DNA of 32,000 nucleotides from Crocosphaera subtropica ATCC 51142 (GCF_000017845.1 NC_010546.1:4350001-4382000); one strand, 5' to 3'. Positions 1-9,987 are shown, counted from the stretch's first letter. The notes: generated by a model not told the origin, from the letters alone. Numbers and translations are program-made.

Positions 1-787
1 CTATTAATACTTGCTTAAAATCCAAAAACAAAAAAGGAGAAGCAATAAATACAGCCCCTGTACAAGTCAAAACACTACTAACGGGTTTTAAATAACCTTT
101 AACATTCCATCCTTTGGTTAAGATATAGGCTAAAATAATGGTGAATACAAAAATAATAGCCGGGTATTTAGTCGCTATAGCTAAACCAAGAAAGAAACTA
201 GCGTGAATATAGTTTGATAACTTATCTTCTTCAAGAATTTTTAAACAATAGTAAAAAGAGATAAGTAATAAAAAAGGCATTAAAGTATCCATGCGAGCTA
301 ATTTTGATAGTTCCACATGGAGGGGAATGATGGCCACTAAAAAAGCGGAGATCAACCCTACCGTCTTATTAAACAGTTTACTCCCAATGAGATAAACAAC
401 CCAAATAGTTGCAACCCCAAAAAATGTACTCCATAAGCGACCTGTTAGATAAAAAATGCTTGGATCTTGACGATACAATTCTAAAAAATCTTCAGAACTA
501 TTACAAATACCCAAAAAGCGACTTCCAACAAACATCAAGCCATAGGATAACAGTAAAAGATAAATAACAGTTGATGCTGGATGGCCAAACCAATGAGGAT
601 TTACATCTTGAGTTGATAACATACGAAAAACCCGTCTTACCCTATTAGGTTCATCGGGATTATATAAATAGGGTAAACCAAAATTGATGCCATAAAGACG
701 CAACAGTAAACCCATCAATAGAATTCCTATTAAAATAGGTTGGTGGTGTCGATCTATAATTCGGTCAAAATCTTTTAAAGATTTCAT
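1..787 (-). CDS. Membrane glycosyltransferase, GT39 / ArnT-PMT-like (N-terminal 262 codons; C-terminus lies beyond window start)
   Basis: Absent from the ORF track because there is no stop in the window. Frame checked by hand: ATG at 787-785 and no stop codon down to position 2. Translation MKSLKDFDRIIDRHHQPILIGILLMGLLLRLYGINFGLPYLYNPDEPNRV... is followed by many hydrophobic helices, typical of GT-C fold lipid-linked-sugar transferases. It starts 10 nt after the stop of the upstream yvcK-like gene. Confidence 0.6.
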   Translation of the reverse strand, partial: MKSLKDFDRIIDRHHQPILIGILLMGLLLRLYGINFGLPYLYNPDEPNRVRRVFRMLSTQDVNPHWFGHPASTVIYLLLLSYGLMFVGSRFLGICNSSEDFLELYRQDPSIFYLTGRLWSTFFGVATIWVVYLIGSKLFNKTVGLISAFLVAIIPLHVELSKLARMDTLMPFLLLISFYYCLKILEEDKLSNYIHASFFLGLAIATKYPAIIFVFTIILAYILTKGWNVKGYLKPVSSVLTCTGAVFIASPFLFLDFKQVLI

Positions 788-797
788 TTTCAGTGAC

Positions 798-2174
798 TTA
801 ATTCTTGCTGTACCAACGTAACAAGACTCTCGCTAACCGTTGGGGATGGTGAGTCACTTTCGCCGTCATGGGATCTTCATCCATAATATTCGCTAAAACA
901 ATACGACATCCCAAGGTGGTGACATCTTCTCGGTCTAAAAATACCGGATGAGATTGTTCTTTAGCATAATGTTTTAATGCAGTGGTAGAAGGAGAAATCC
1001 TCTGTACTAAAACAGCATCAAAGATGCGTTGATCGCAAACACGATCAATGGCTTTAATATGATCAGCAACGGTATAACCGTCTGTTTCCCCTGGTTGGGT
1101 CATAATATTGCAAACATAAATACGAGGAACTTTTACCTTAGCTAAAGCTTCCCTAATTTCTGGAACAAGAAGGTTAGGGATAACGCTGGTGTAAAGACTG
1201 CCTGGACCCATAATAATGTAGTCAGCTTCGCCAATTGCTTGCAACGCTGCGGGTAAAGCGGGGGGACTTTCAGGAAAACAGCCAATTTCAGCAATTTTTC
1301 CCCCGGCTTCGGTAATATGGGATTCCCCTTCTACAAAGCGACCATCATCCAATCTAGCCCATAAACGCACATCACTGACTGTTGCTGGTAAAACTTTACC
1401 TCGAATGGCTAATACTTTAGAACTAGCTGCGATCGCCTTTTCAAAATCCCGTCCGGTAATGGCTGTCATGGCCGTTAAAAATAAGTTACCAAAACTATGG
1501 CCGTTTAAACCTTCTCCTGCTTGAAAGCGATATTGAAATAACTCCGTTAATAACTTTTCTTCATCCGCTAAAGCGGCCATACAGTTACGAATATCCCCAG
1601 GAGGTAAAACACCGATTTCTTCTCTGAGTCGTCCTGAAGATCCCCCATCATCAGCGACGGTAACAATGGCGGTTATATTGGCACTATACTGTTTTAATCC
1701 TCGTAATAGGGTCGATAGTCCCGTTCCTCCCCCAATAGCCACAATTTTTGGACCTCGATGTAAGCGACGATGGGTTAGGAGGCGATCAACCAATTCTTGA
1801 TCGCTATCGGGAAAGGCATCGGTAATTGAACCGACGGTTCGGCTTTGTCCCCATAATAATAAAAAGAGTCCCAATAATAAGGCGATAGGACCAGAAATAT
1901 AGCTAGGGACGTAGTTAGTAATGGTTTCAAGGAGTTGAGTGACTAACTCCAACAGACGATCCACTGGGGTAAGTTTCACCCAAATAGCTAAACCTAAGAC
2001 TGATAACAATAAACCAGTGGCACTAATGAGTAACCAACGTTTAACAAATAATCCAGGGGATAGCCATTTAAACCAACGATTAACTCGTTTCGGAGTTCGC
2101 TGGCCTACCATTGACCACCTTCGTTTTTTGGGGGAAAGTTTGCGTATTGCTTTTTGTAAAGGACTGATGGGCAT
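798..2174 (-). CDS. YvcK/CofD-like protein (UPF0052, gluconeogenesis-factor family) with N-terminal membrane extension
   Basis: 458 aa ORF. Motifs [39 protein letters not shown] and [18 protein letters not shown] are characteristic of the family. Two hydrophobic segments lie in the first ~110 aa. The exact start is uncertain. Confidence 0.85.
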   Translation of the reverse strand: MPISPLQKAIRKLSPKKRRWSMVGQRTPKRVNRWFKWLSPGLFVKRWLLISATGLLLSVLGLAIWVKLTPVDRLLELVTQLLETITNYVPSYISGPIALLLGLFLLLWGQSRTVGSITDAFPDSDQELVDRLLTHRRLHRGPKIVAIGGGTGLSTLLRGLKQYSANITAIVTVADDGGSSGRLREEIGVLPPGDIRNCMAALADEEKLLTELFQYRFQAGEGLNGHSFGNLFLTAMTAITGRDFEKAIAASSKVLAIRGKVLPATVSDVRLWARLDDGRFVEGESHITEAGGKIAEIGCFPESPPALPAALQAIGEADYIIMGPGSLYTSVIPNLLVPEIREALAKVKVPRIYVCNIMTQPGETDGYTVADHIKAIDRVCDQRIFDAVLVQRISPSTTALKHYAKEQSHPVFLDREDVTTLGCRIVLANIMDEDPMTAKVTHHPQRLARVLLRWYSKN

Positions 2175-2281
2175 AAGTCATGATCACCAGATGATTATTA
2201 TAGATGAAGTTTAATATAAGGGTTTATCGAAACATTAACACAAAAGTTGACTTTTATGCCTAAAAAACCTAACTGATCTGA

Positions 2282-2320
2282 GTTCGGGGTTAAGAGTTCA
2301 GGGTTCGGGGTTGGGTGTTC
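2282..2320. repeat. Degenerate heptamer tandem repeat (STRR-like): GTTCGGG GTTAAGA GTTCAGG GTTCGGG GTTGGGT GTTC
   Basis: Read directly from the sequence. About 5.5 head-to-tail 7-mers in an intergenic region. Confidence 0.7.
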
Positions 2321-2556
2321 ATCATTTGTCCATACTCCCTACATTCACGCAACCTTTGACTCAAACCACTCTAAAAAAAGAGTGAGTCTTGATATCAATA
2401 AGGATAGATGAACTAGCCAACAGTCTACCAAAGGAGGATTTTACAGAAGTTGACTTAATTTTAGACAAGCAAAAAAAAGTTTGGGTAAAAACATGAGAAA
2501 TAAAAATATCACAGCTAGAAGGAATAAGATAGTAGAAGTATTGATCTTTGAATACC

Positions 2557-2772
2557 ATGAATCCAGTTATAATTAATCAAAAGACAACCATAAAAGAACA
2601 AAAATTAATCTTACCTGGTTGGTATGATTGGCAACAGTTTATAGGAGTAACTTAGTTAATGAATTCTATAACCATTGATAAAGTTTCAATGACTTTATAT
2701 AATACTGATCAATTAACCAGTTCTCTATTACCTGATTTTAGTTGTAATATTAAAGAAATTTTTGAAAATTAA
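2557..2772 (+). pseudogene. Internally deleted Uma2-family (DUF820) endonuclease remnant with in-frame TAG
   Basis: A single frame reads MNPVIINQKTTIKEQKLILPGWYDWQQFIGVT-TAG(2653-2655)-LMNSITIDKVSMTLYNTDQLTSSLLPDFSCNIKEIFEN-stop. The N-terminal block resembles the ILxGVSWExYE start of Uma2 proteins. The end resembles the LLPGFxLxLxEIF terminus. The catalytic core is missing. A full-length paralog lies at 17101-17745. Confidence 0.5.
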
Positions 2773-2794
2773 TACAGATAGAGAGGTTAAGTAA

Positions 2795-3934
2795 ATGATA
2801 CGAAATTTAAGCATTAAAAATTATCGTTGTTTTGAAGATTTTTATGTTGATAGTTTAGCACAAGTTAATTTAATTGTTGGTGATAATAATAGTGGTAAAA
2901 CTAGTTTATTAGAAGCTATTTATCTTTTATTGGACAAATCCTATTATTACAAATTTCATAATAAAACAACTACTTTAATTAATCTATTAAAATTAAGAAA
3001 AGAATTTTTATCTTTAATATTAGAAGATGAAAAAAAATCAAACATTATTAAAGTATATCTTATTCCACATCTTTTTTATCAATATAAAATAAATAAGACC
3101 ATAGAGATTTTCTGTGATAATGATTTTTTCAGCAAAGTTGAAATAACAAATCTTAAACCAGAAAAATCAAAGTTTAAAAATACTCATTTATTAATAACAG
3201 ACGATGAATGCTTTAAAGTCAATTATGAATTTAGAAAATCAAACACCGAAAATAAAAATATTCGCGGACAAGCATTTTATGAAATTAATCAACAAGGAAC
3301 TTACATACAAGAAACTCCTGAAAATGCAAATCAGACTCGTTTAAATGGGATTGAAAGACTTATTATGTATACTCCTGATAGTATTTTTATGCCATTAAAT
3401 TATGATTATCTTGATGATGTCGAAAAAAACTGGGACTTAATTCAACTAACTCCAAAAGAAGATAAAGTGATAGAAGCTTTACAAATTATTAACCCTGATA
3501 TTGAAAGAATTGGCTTTACAGTTAGTCAATATACTAAACAGATAAGACTGAAAATAAGAGGGGAAGATCAACCCATTCCTTTAAGTAGTATGGGACAAGG
3601 AATGAATAGAATTTTAGGACTAATCACAACAGCAGTTATTCTTGAAAATGGAGTATTATTAATCGATGAAATAGAAACAGGATTACACTACGAATCACAA
3701 ACAGATATGTGGCGTTTACTCATAAAAACAGCACAAGAATTAAACGTACAAATCTTTGCAACTACCCATAGTTGGGACTGTATTTGTGCGCTTCAAGAAG
3801 CATTAGAAGACGTAGAAGATAACTCAGTTGGTAAATTATTTAGACTAGATAATAAATACGGGAAACTTAGGGCAGTAGAATATAAAGGGGATGAGATTTC
3901 TATTGCTGTTAATCAAGGAATTGAGGTACGTTAA
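2795..3934 (+). CDS. ABC-type / AAA_15-AAA_21-like ATPase (OLD, AbiLi/RloA, AriA, PtuA-like)
   Basis: 379 aa. Walker A GDNNSGKTS is at residues ~29-37, a signature-like LSSMGQGMNR follows, then Walker B VLLIDEIETGLH and H-loop-like ATTHS. A long K/N-rich insertion separates the two ATPase lobes. An RBS-like GAGAGG lies upstream. The gene is very AT-rich. Confidence 0.8.
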   Translation: MIRNLSIKNYRCFEDFYVDSLAQVNLIVGDNNSGKTSLLEAIYLLLDKSYYYKFHNKTTTLINLLKLRKEFLSLILEDEKKSNIIKVYLIPHLFYQYKINKTIEIFCDNDFFSKVEITNLKPEKSKFKNTHLLITDDECFKVNYEFRKSNTENKNIRGQAFYEINQQGTYIQETPENANQTRLNGIERLIMYTPDSIFMPLNYDYLDDVEKNWDLIQLTPKEDKVIEALQIINPDIERIGFTVSQYTKQIRLKIRGEDQPIPLSSMGQGMNRILGLITTAVILENGVLLIDEIETGLHYESQTDMWRLLIKTAQELNVQIFATTHSWDCICALQEALEDVEDNSVGKLFRLDNKYGKLRAVEYKGDEISIAVNQGIEVR

Positions 3935-4591
3935 ATGGCAAAAAGAAAAACATCACGTCAACCTCACCCACAGCAACTTTTAGTAGAAGGAATGAATGAT
4001 CTTCATGTTATTAGTGCGTTATGTCATAAATACCAAGTTCCCCAAACATTTTCGATAGAATTACCTAACGAAAACAAAACGCAAGGAGTAGAAGCATTAT
4101 TATTAGGTTTACCTATTAGATTAAAAGAACCTTATTTAAAAACATTAGGAATAGTGGTGGATGCGGATCAAGATTTACAAGCAAGATGGCAAGCTATTAG
4201 TAATAAATTAAAGTCAATTGGTTATGATAATATTCCTAAAAATCTTTGTTCTGAAGGTTGGATTTATGAACAAACAGAATTACCTAAAATTGGCGTTTGG
4301 ATTATGCCAAATAATCAATTAACTGGAAAATTAGAAGACTTTGTATCTTATTTAATTCCTGATGATGATCAATTACAATTAAAAGCCAACGAAATTTTAA
4401 ATGATCTTGAAACATTGAAAATTAATGGTTATAATAAAAAAGATAAAATAAAAGCTTTTATTCATACGTGGTTAGCTTGGCAGAAAAAACCAGGAATACA
4501 AATGGGACAGGCAATAACAGCGAATATATTAAAAAATAATCCATTGATCGCAGAAATTTTTATTAATTGGTTAAATCAACTCTATCAATAA
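3935..4591 (+). CDS. Small Toprim-like protein (DUF3226/DUF4435/RloB-type), partner of the upstream ATPase
   Basis: 218 aa. The ATG directly abuts the TAA of the ATPase gene (3932-3934 / 3935-3937). LLVEGMNDLHVISAL supplies a Toprim-type Glu and GIVVDADQD a DxD motif about 60 aa downstream. The family call is from motif recognition only. Confidence 0.6.
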   Translation: MAKRKTSRQPHPQQLLVEGMNDLHVISALCHKYQVPQTFSIELPNENKTQGVEALLLGLPIRLKEPYLKTLGIVVDADQDLQARWQAISNKLKSIGYDNIPKNLCSEGWIYEQTELPKIGVWIMPNNQLTGKLEDFVSYLIPDDDQLQLKANEILNDLETLKINGYNKKDKIKAFIHTWLAWQKKPGIQMGQAITANILKNNPLIAEIFINWLNQLYQ

Positions 4592-4722
4592 TAAATGATA
4601 ATTTTCAAAAACAATTCAATAAAATCTTAGCAAGCTTTATCTATCAATACTATGAATTCATTTCAAGAAAATGACCAACAATAATAAGTTGATTTGATAA
4701 TAGTTTAAACCATTAATAATTA

Positions 4723-4741
4723 GGTGGGCATTGTACCCACC
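4723..4741. repeat. GGTGGGCA-loop-CCCACC hairpin, copy 1 (14 nt past the pgk stop)
   Basis: The sequence ggtgggcattgtacccacc forms a 6 bp GC stem. Near-identical hairpins occur at 10921-10941 and 20815-20833, each just 3' of a minus-strand gene. Confidence 0.6.
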
Positions 4742-4755
4742 CAAGAATCATAAAA

Positions 4756-5985
4756 TTATGCTTCGTCTAAAGCAGCAATACCAGGCAAAGTCTTACCTTC
4801 TAACAGTTCTAAACTAGCACCACCACCGGTAGAAATGTGGCTCATTTTATCAGCAACCCCTACCTTTTCAACCGCAGCAACAGAGTCACCACCGCCGATA
4901 ATAGTTGTGGTTCCGGTACCGGTTAATTCTGCTAACGTATTAGCGATCGCTTCAGTTCCTTTGGCGAATTTTTCAAATTCAAATACCCCCATAGGACCAT
5001 TCCAAATCACTGCTTTACAGTCAGCTAAAGCCTTCTTAAACACTTCAACAGAGTCAGGACCAATATCTAACCCCATCCAACCGTCTTCGATGCTTTCAAC
5101 GCTACTAATTTTCGAGTTAGCATCCTTAGCAAAGTTATCCGCTAGAACTACATCAGTAGGTAGTAATAATTCTACGCCTTTTTCTTTAGCTTTTGCTTCT
5201 AAGGATTTCGCTAATTCTAACTTATCTTCTTCAACTAAAGACTTACCCACATTGAGTCCACGGGCTTTATAAAAGGTGAAAATCATGCCCCCACCGATGA
5301 GCAATTTATCACATTTATCTAATAAAGTTTCGATAACACCAATTTTACTAGACACCTTAGAACCGCCAATGATAGCAGCTAAAGGACGTTGGGGATTTTC
5401 AATAGCAGCTTGTAGATATTGAAGTTCTTTTTCAATTAAATAACCAGCAACACTCGGACTTAAATGATGGGTAACACCTTCAGTAGAAGCATGGGCGCGG
5501 TGGGCAGTTCCAAAGGCATCATTAACGTATAAGTCTGCGTTGGCTGCCAACTGCTTAGCAAACTCAGGATCATTAGCTTCTTCTTCTGCATGGAAACGAA
5601 GATTTTCCAATAAAGCAACCTGACCATTCTCTAGGTTAGCGATGGCTGCGGTTACAGAGTCACCCACACAGTCATCACACATAATGACATCTTGTCCTAA
5701 TAACTCCGATAAACGGGTCGCTACAGGGCTTAAACTCATACTTTCGACAACTTGTCCCTTGGGACGACCCATGTGGCTACAGAGGATAACTTTTGCCCCG
5801 TTGGTGATTAATTCTTTGATGGTAGGGAGGGCTGCCCGAATACGAGTATCGTCGGTGATGGTTCCATTGTCCAAAGGAACGTTAAAATCAACCCGTACTA
5901 ATACGCGCTTTCCTGCGAGATCCCCTTCTGATAAATTAGCAACAGTTTTCTTAGACACAGTCAATATCCTCCAATGATGGCTCAA
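4756..5985 (-). CDS. pgk: Phosphoglycerate kinase
   Basis: Full-length match to the PGK pattern ([32 protein letters not shown]). The true start is probably GTG at 5958, giving MSKKTVANL and preceded by GGAGGA. The ORF-track ATG at 5985 adds 9 atypical residues. Confidence 0.95.
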   Translation of the reverse strand: MSHHWRILTVSKKTVANLSEGDLAGKRVLVRVDFNVPLDNGTITDDTRIRAALPTIKELITNGAKVILCSHMGRPKGQVVESMSLSPVATRLSELLGQDVIMCDDCVGDSVTAAIANLENGQVALLENLRFHAEEEANDPEFAKQLAANADLYVNDAFGTAHRAHASTEGVTHHLSPSVAGYLIEKELQYLQAAIENPQRPLAAIIGGSKVSSKIGVIETLLDKCDKLLIGGGMIFTFYKARGLNVGKSLVEEDKLELAKSLEAKAKEKGVELLLPTDVVLADNFAKDANSKISSVESIEDGWMGLDIGPDSVEVFKKALADCKAVIWNGPMGVFEFEKFAKGTEAIANTLAELTGTGTTTIIGGGDSVAAVEKVGVADKMSHISTGGGASLELLEGKTLPGIAALDEA

Positions 5986-6126
5986 TGATGCTTAAAAAAA
6001 GATTAAATCAGCTTGTGCTTAAATACAACCACCCCCAACCCCAAAAGACAATAAAATAGAGATGGGGGCAAGCGATCGCATTGTTGCTGATTGTACCTGA
6101 ATCGGTATCCAGGAGAGAGATAAGTT

Positions 6127-6540
6127 ATGTTTAAAACAATTTTGTTCCCAGTGGATCAGAGTCGAGAAACCCGTGAAGCGGCCGAAACGGTGATTAATTT
6201 AGTTAAGACCTATGATAGTCGTCTTATCTTGTTATCGGTGGTGGAAAAAACCCCCGATGGCCAAGGGATTTCCCAAGGGGGAATCATGACTTCTACTGAA
6301 GCCGTCGCCCAATTATTACAAGGGGCCCAAGCTTTGTTTGCTGATCAAGGGATTGAAGCCGAAATTATTGAAAAGGAAGGAAAACCCCCGTTTATTATTT
6401 GCGATGTGGCTGATGAGAAGAATGCCGATTTAATTATCATGGGATCACGGGGACTCGGGTTAACCTCTGAGGGGGCTTCAGAAAGTGTTACCCATTTAGT
6501 TATTAATCTTGCCCCTTGTCCTATTTTGATTATTCCTTAA
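6127..6540 (+). CDS. Universal stress protein (UspA family)
   Basis: 137 aa. MFKTILFPVDQS at the N-terminus and ADLIIMGSRGLGLTSEGASESVTHLVINLAPCPILII at the C-terminus form the typical Usp ATP-binding motif. Confidence 0.85.
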   Translation: MFKTILFPVDQSRETREAAETVINLVKTYDSRLILLSVVEKTPDGQGISQGGIMTSTEAVAQLLQGAQALFADQGIEAEIIEKEGKPPFIICDVADEKNADLIIMGSRGLGLTSEGASESVTHLVINLAPCPILIIP

Positions 6541-6564
6541 ATTAGCTACCTTCCCTTTTGCTTT

Positions 6565-6595
6565 TCCCCTGTTGATGATACGGGGGATTTTTATT
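6565..6595 (+). terminator. Intrinsic terminator after usp
   Basis: A 7 bp stem (6565-6571 tcccctg with 6581-6587 cggggga, one G-U pair), a 9 nt loop, then TTTTTATT. Confidence 0.55.
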
Positions 6596-6689
6596 CTAAA
6601 AATGTAAGTTACTTAATAGAAACTAAGAAAAAAATGAGACAATTTCGCCCCTGGCTTACTCATTCTCTTCCTAATTATAAATCAACTAA

Positions 6690-6719
6690 TTGACAAAATT
6701 ATTATAAATTATGTATAGT
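6690..6719 (+). promoter_or_regulatory. Candidate sigma70-type promoter for purA
   Basis: TTGACA (6690-6695), an 18 nt spacer, then TATAGT (6714-6719), about 37 nt upstream of the purA TTG start. Confidence 0.3.
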
Positions 6720-6740
6720 GATAGATTGTGTGAACTATAG

Positions 6741-8096
<1,356 letters not shown>

Positions 8097-8125
8097 CTTA
8101 ATTAACTAAAGCGTGAGTCATTCCT

Positions 8126-8428
8126 ATGTCTTTATCCATTGAATGTAAAAAACGTCCCGAAAATGTTAAAGGTAATGCTTTACGTCGTGAAGGCTTAATT
8201 CCTGCTACCTTATACGGCCATAATGGCACAGAATCGATGCAATTAATGGTGGATCAAAAAGAAACTGCCTTAATGCTTAGGGAGGTAACGGTTGATGAAA
8301 CGGTAATCGATGTTAATATTCCGGATTTATCTTGGAATGGTAAAGCGGTTGTCAAGGAAATACAGGCACATCCTTGGAAACGCAACCTTATTCATCTTAG
8401 CTTCTGTTACGTTAAACCTGAAGCTTAA
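8126..8428 (+). CDS. rplY: 50S ribosomal protein bL25 (short form)
   Basis: 100 aa. KGNALRREGLIPATLYG and KEIQAHPWKRNLIHLSF match the L25 / 5S rRNA-binding domain. Confidence 0.85.
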   Translation: MSLSIECKKRPENVKGNALRREGLIPATLYGHNGTESMQLMVDQKETALMLREVTVDETVIDVNIPDLSWNGKAVVKEIQAHPWKRNLIHLSFCYVKPEA

Positions 8429-8447
8429 AAATTAACGGTTTAAAAAA

Positions 8448-8475
8448 GAGGTTAACAACCGTTAATCTCTTTTTT
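8448..8475. terminator. Bidirectional intrinsic terminator between convergent rplY and the pLGIC gene
   Basis: A 9 bp stem (8448-8456 gaggttaac with 8461-8469 gttaatctc, one G-U pair), loop aacc, a T6 run at 8470-8475 and an A6 run at 8442-8447 on the other side. Confidence 0.6.
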
Positions 8476-9490
8476 AAACCCAAAACGCAACAGCAGCTAA
8501 ACCCATAAATAAAACAGGGACAAACCATTTTAAAACATCGTCTAAATATAAGGCTAAATCACGATAACCCCCAGCTACTAAATTAATACTCGTAACCGAT
8601 TCGACTAAAGCCAAAAAGACTAATAACATCGACCCCACAATGACTTTATCTTCTGCGGTTAAATAGTTCATTTTAGGGAGTTCTTGCCGTAAAATAAACT
8701 GATAAGTAATTAAACTCACCATCGTTGCAGTGGCTAAGGTAATTTGGGGAATAATTTGTGTGGGTTCTAACCAAAATACTAAATCGGACATTAACACAAT
8801 TAAAGCGACGGGAAAAAGAACGCGCCAAGCATAAAAATGAGAATGTCTTTGAACTTTAATTTGATAGTCAAATCTAGCATATTCTTGTTGTTCGGGTTGT
8901 AAATAATGACCATGACTATAGGTAGTAATTTCTTTAATTGACCAGTTAATCAAGGAAATTTCATTACTAATTCCATTCAGTTCGTCTGCTTCTATGAAAT
9001 GAATTTCTTCAGGAGAATAACTAAAAGATATGAGTTCAACTTTGATAGTTTGTTCATCAAAAGGAAATCGTTTTAAATCAAGACTGGTGGATAATTGTCC
9101 ATAAAATCGCTGTCGATAAGTAACAATTCCTTGGGGATTAATATGTACAATTTCATCTAATTCTTTATCTAAATGACGTTGATTAATAATATGTAGATTT
9201 GGATGCCAAACTTGGTCAATTTTACATTGATAAGGGGAAGCATTAGGATTAGACAAAGAAACATCTAAACGGGAATCATACCATTGTAATCCTAAATAAA
9301 AATCAATATATACGGTTTGGTCTATCTCATTAATTTTGACCAAATCTAACGTATAAATCCCTACTAATATTTGAGTTATATCTGACTCATTACCAGGTCT
9401 GGGAATGGCTTGGTCATGGGGAATATACCAATGTTTTTGACTATTCTGGGTAACAGCTATTTGTATATTTGGGGGCGGTTTAATTGTCAT
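8474..9490 (-). CDS. Prokaryotic pentameric ligand-gated ion channel (Cys-loop receptor superfamily, GLIC/ELIC-like)
   Basis: 338 aa. The N-terminal beta-rich domain has YIDFYLGLQWYDSRL, WHPNLHIIN and FPFDEQTIKVELISF. Four hydrophobic helices follow (M1-M4) with a short M3-M4 loop. Confidence 0.8.
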   Translation of the reverse strand: MTIKPPPNIQIAVTQNSQKHWYIPHDQAIPRPGNESDITQILVGIYTLDLVKINEIDQTVYIDFYLGLQWYDSRLDVSLSNPNASPYQCKIDQVWHPNLHIINQRHLDKELDEIVHINPQGIVTYRQRFYGQLSTSLDLKRFPFDEQTIKVELISFSYSPEEIHFIEADELNGISNEISLINWSIKEITTYSHGHYLQPEQQEYARFDYQIKVQRHSHFYAWRVLFPVALIVLMSDLVFWLEPTQIIPQITLATATMVSLITYQFILRQELPKMNYLTAEDKVIVGSMLLVFLALVESVTSINLVAGGYRDLALYLDDVLKWFVPVLFMGLAAVAFWV

Positions 9491-9683
9491 GAATTTTTGA
9501 TATAGTTAACAACTCATTGTCAAAAGTTGTTACTAAATATTCTAACTTCTAGCCGATATTATAAAGCCGAACCTTAATGAAAGCTAAAAATTTTAGATTA
9601 CTTTTTGACCTGGACTGTATTTAATATTAAGAACTGTCTTTAGGCGTTGATCCTGATAGATTATAAATGAGTCTTAATATTGC

Positions 9684-9753
9684 GTAGGGTGGGTTAGGTG
9701 CAAAGTTAATTTTGATAAGAAACTAAGGGTTTTTATCTGCACCGTAACCCACC
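9684..9753. repeat. GTAGGG-prefixed long hairpin (REP-like)
   Basis: GTAGGGTGGGTTAGGTGCA (9684-9702) pairs with TGCACCGTAACCCACC (9738-9753) across a 35 nt loop. Confidence 0.55.
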
Positions 9754-9798
9754 AAGTTAATGCTATTTTCATCAACTCAGACGACAGATATCAACTGT

Positions 9799-9826
9799 GT
9801 AGGGGTCAGGGTCCCTTGACCCCTAC
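9799..9826. repeat. GTAGGG-prefixed palindrome (REP-like)
   Basis: GTAGGGGTCA gggtccct TGACCCCTAC, with perfect 10 bp arms. Confidence 0.6.
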
Positions 9827-9987
9827 TTTCGTGAAAACAAGAATATTTTGCTTTTTATAGATTGTATTCCACAATAAATGGTTATTTAAGGGATTAAAAT
9901 ATTAATATTATTTAAAATACTTGACTTTCCCCCCCTATGCTATTTTGCTATCATATCCTATCAAAATTTTCCCATTGAGGAGTGAAA

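Noticed and set aside
2275-2292. ctgagttcgg resembles the IS982 terminal repeat (cctgagttcgat), raising the possibility of a solo IS982 end.
   Set aside because: Only 9 nt match, and the sequence is part of the heptamer tandem repeat. No further IS982 similarity follows.
2361-2558. 65-aa minus-strand ORF upstream of the ATPase cassette.
   Set aside because: The translation is Phe/Ser/Ile-rich, as expected from AT-rich non-coding DNA. It has no RBS and no motif, and it overlaps the start of the Uma2 remnant on the other strand.
4835-5272. 145-aa plus-strand ORF inside pgk. The same class includes 1939-2214, 5642-5977, 6746-7072, 6958-7197, 11715-12050, 12279-12461, 12837-13052, 13350-13643, 18355-18543, 18754-18939, 21908-22114, 22436-22630, 23303-23515, 24586-24774, 27381-27566, 27973-28167, 30319-30534, 30374-30661, 30977-31159 and 31448-31648.
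   Set aside because: All of these lie antisense to, or out of frame within, strongly supported conserved genes. They have low-complexity or Ser/Pro/Thr-rich translations typical of shadow ORFs. None has a recognisable motif or ribosome-binding site.
9921-9950. TTGACT at 9921 as the -35 element of a promoter for the mini-ORF at 9988.
   Set aside because: No acceptable -10 hexamer lies at 16-19 nt spacing, and the candidates tatgct and tatcat are at 10 and 22 nt. This is too weak to report as a feature.
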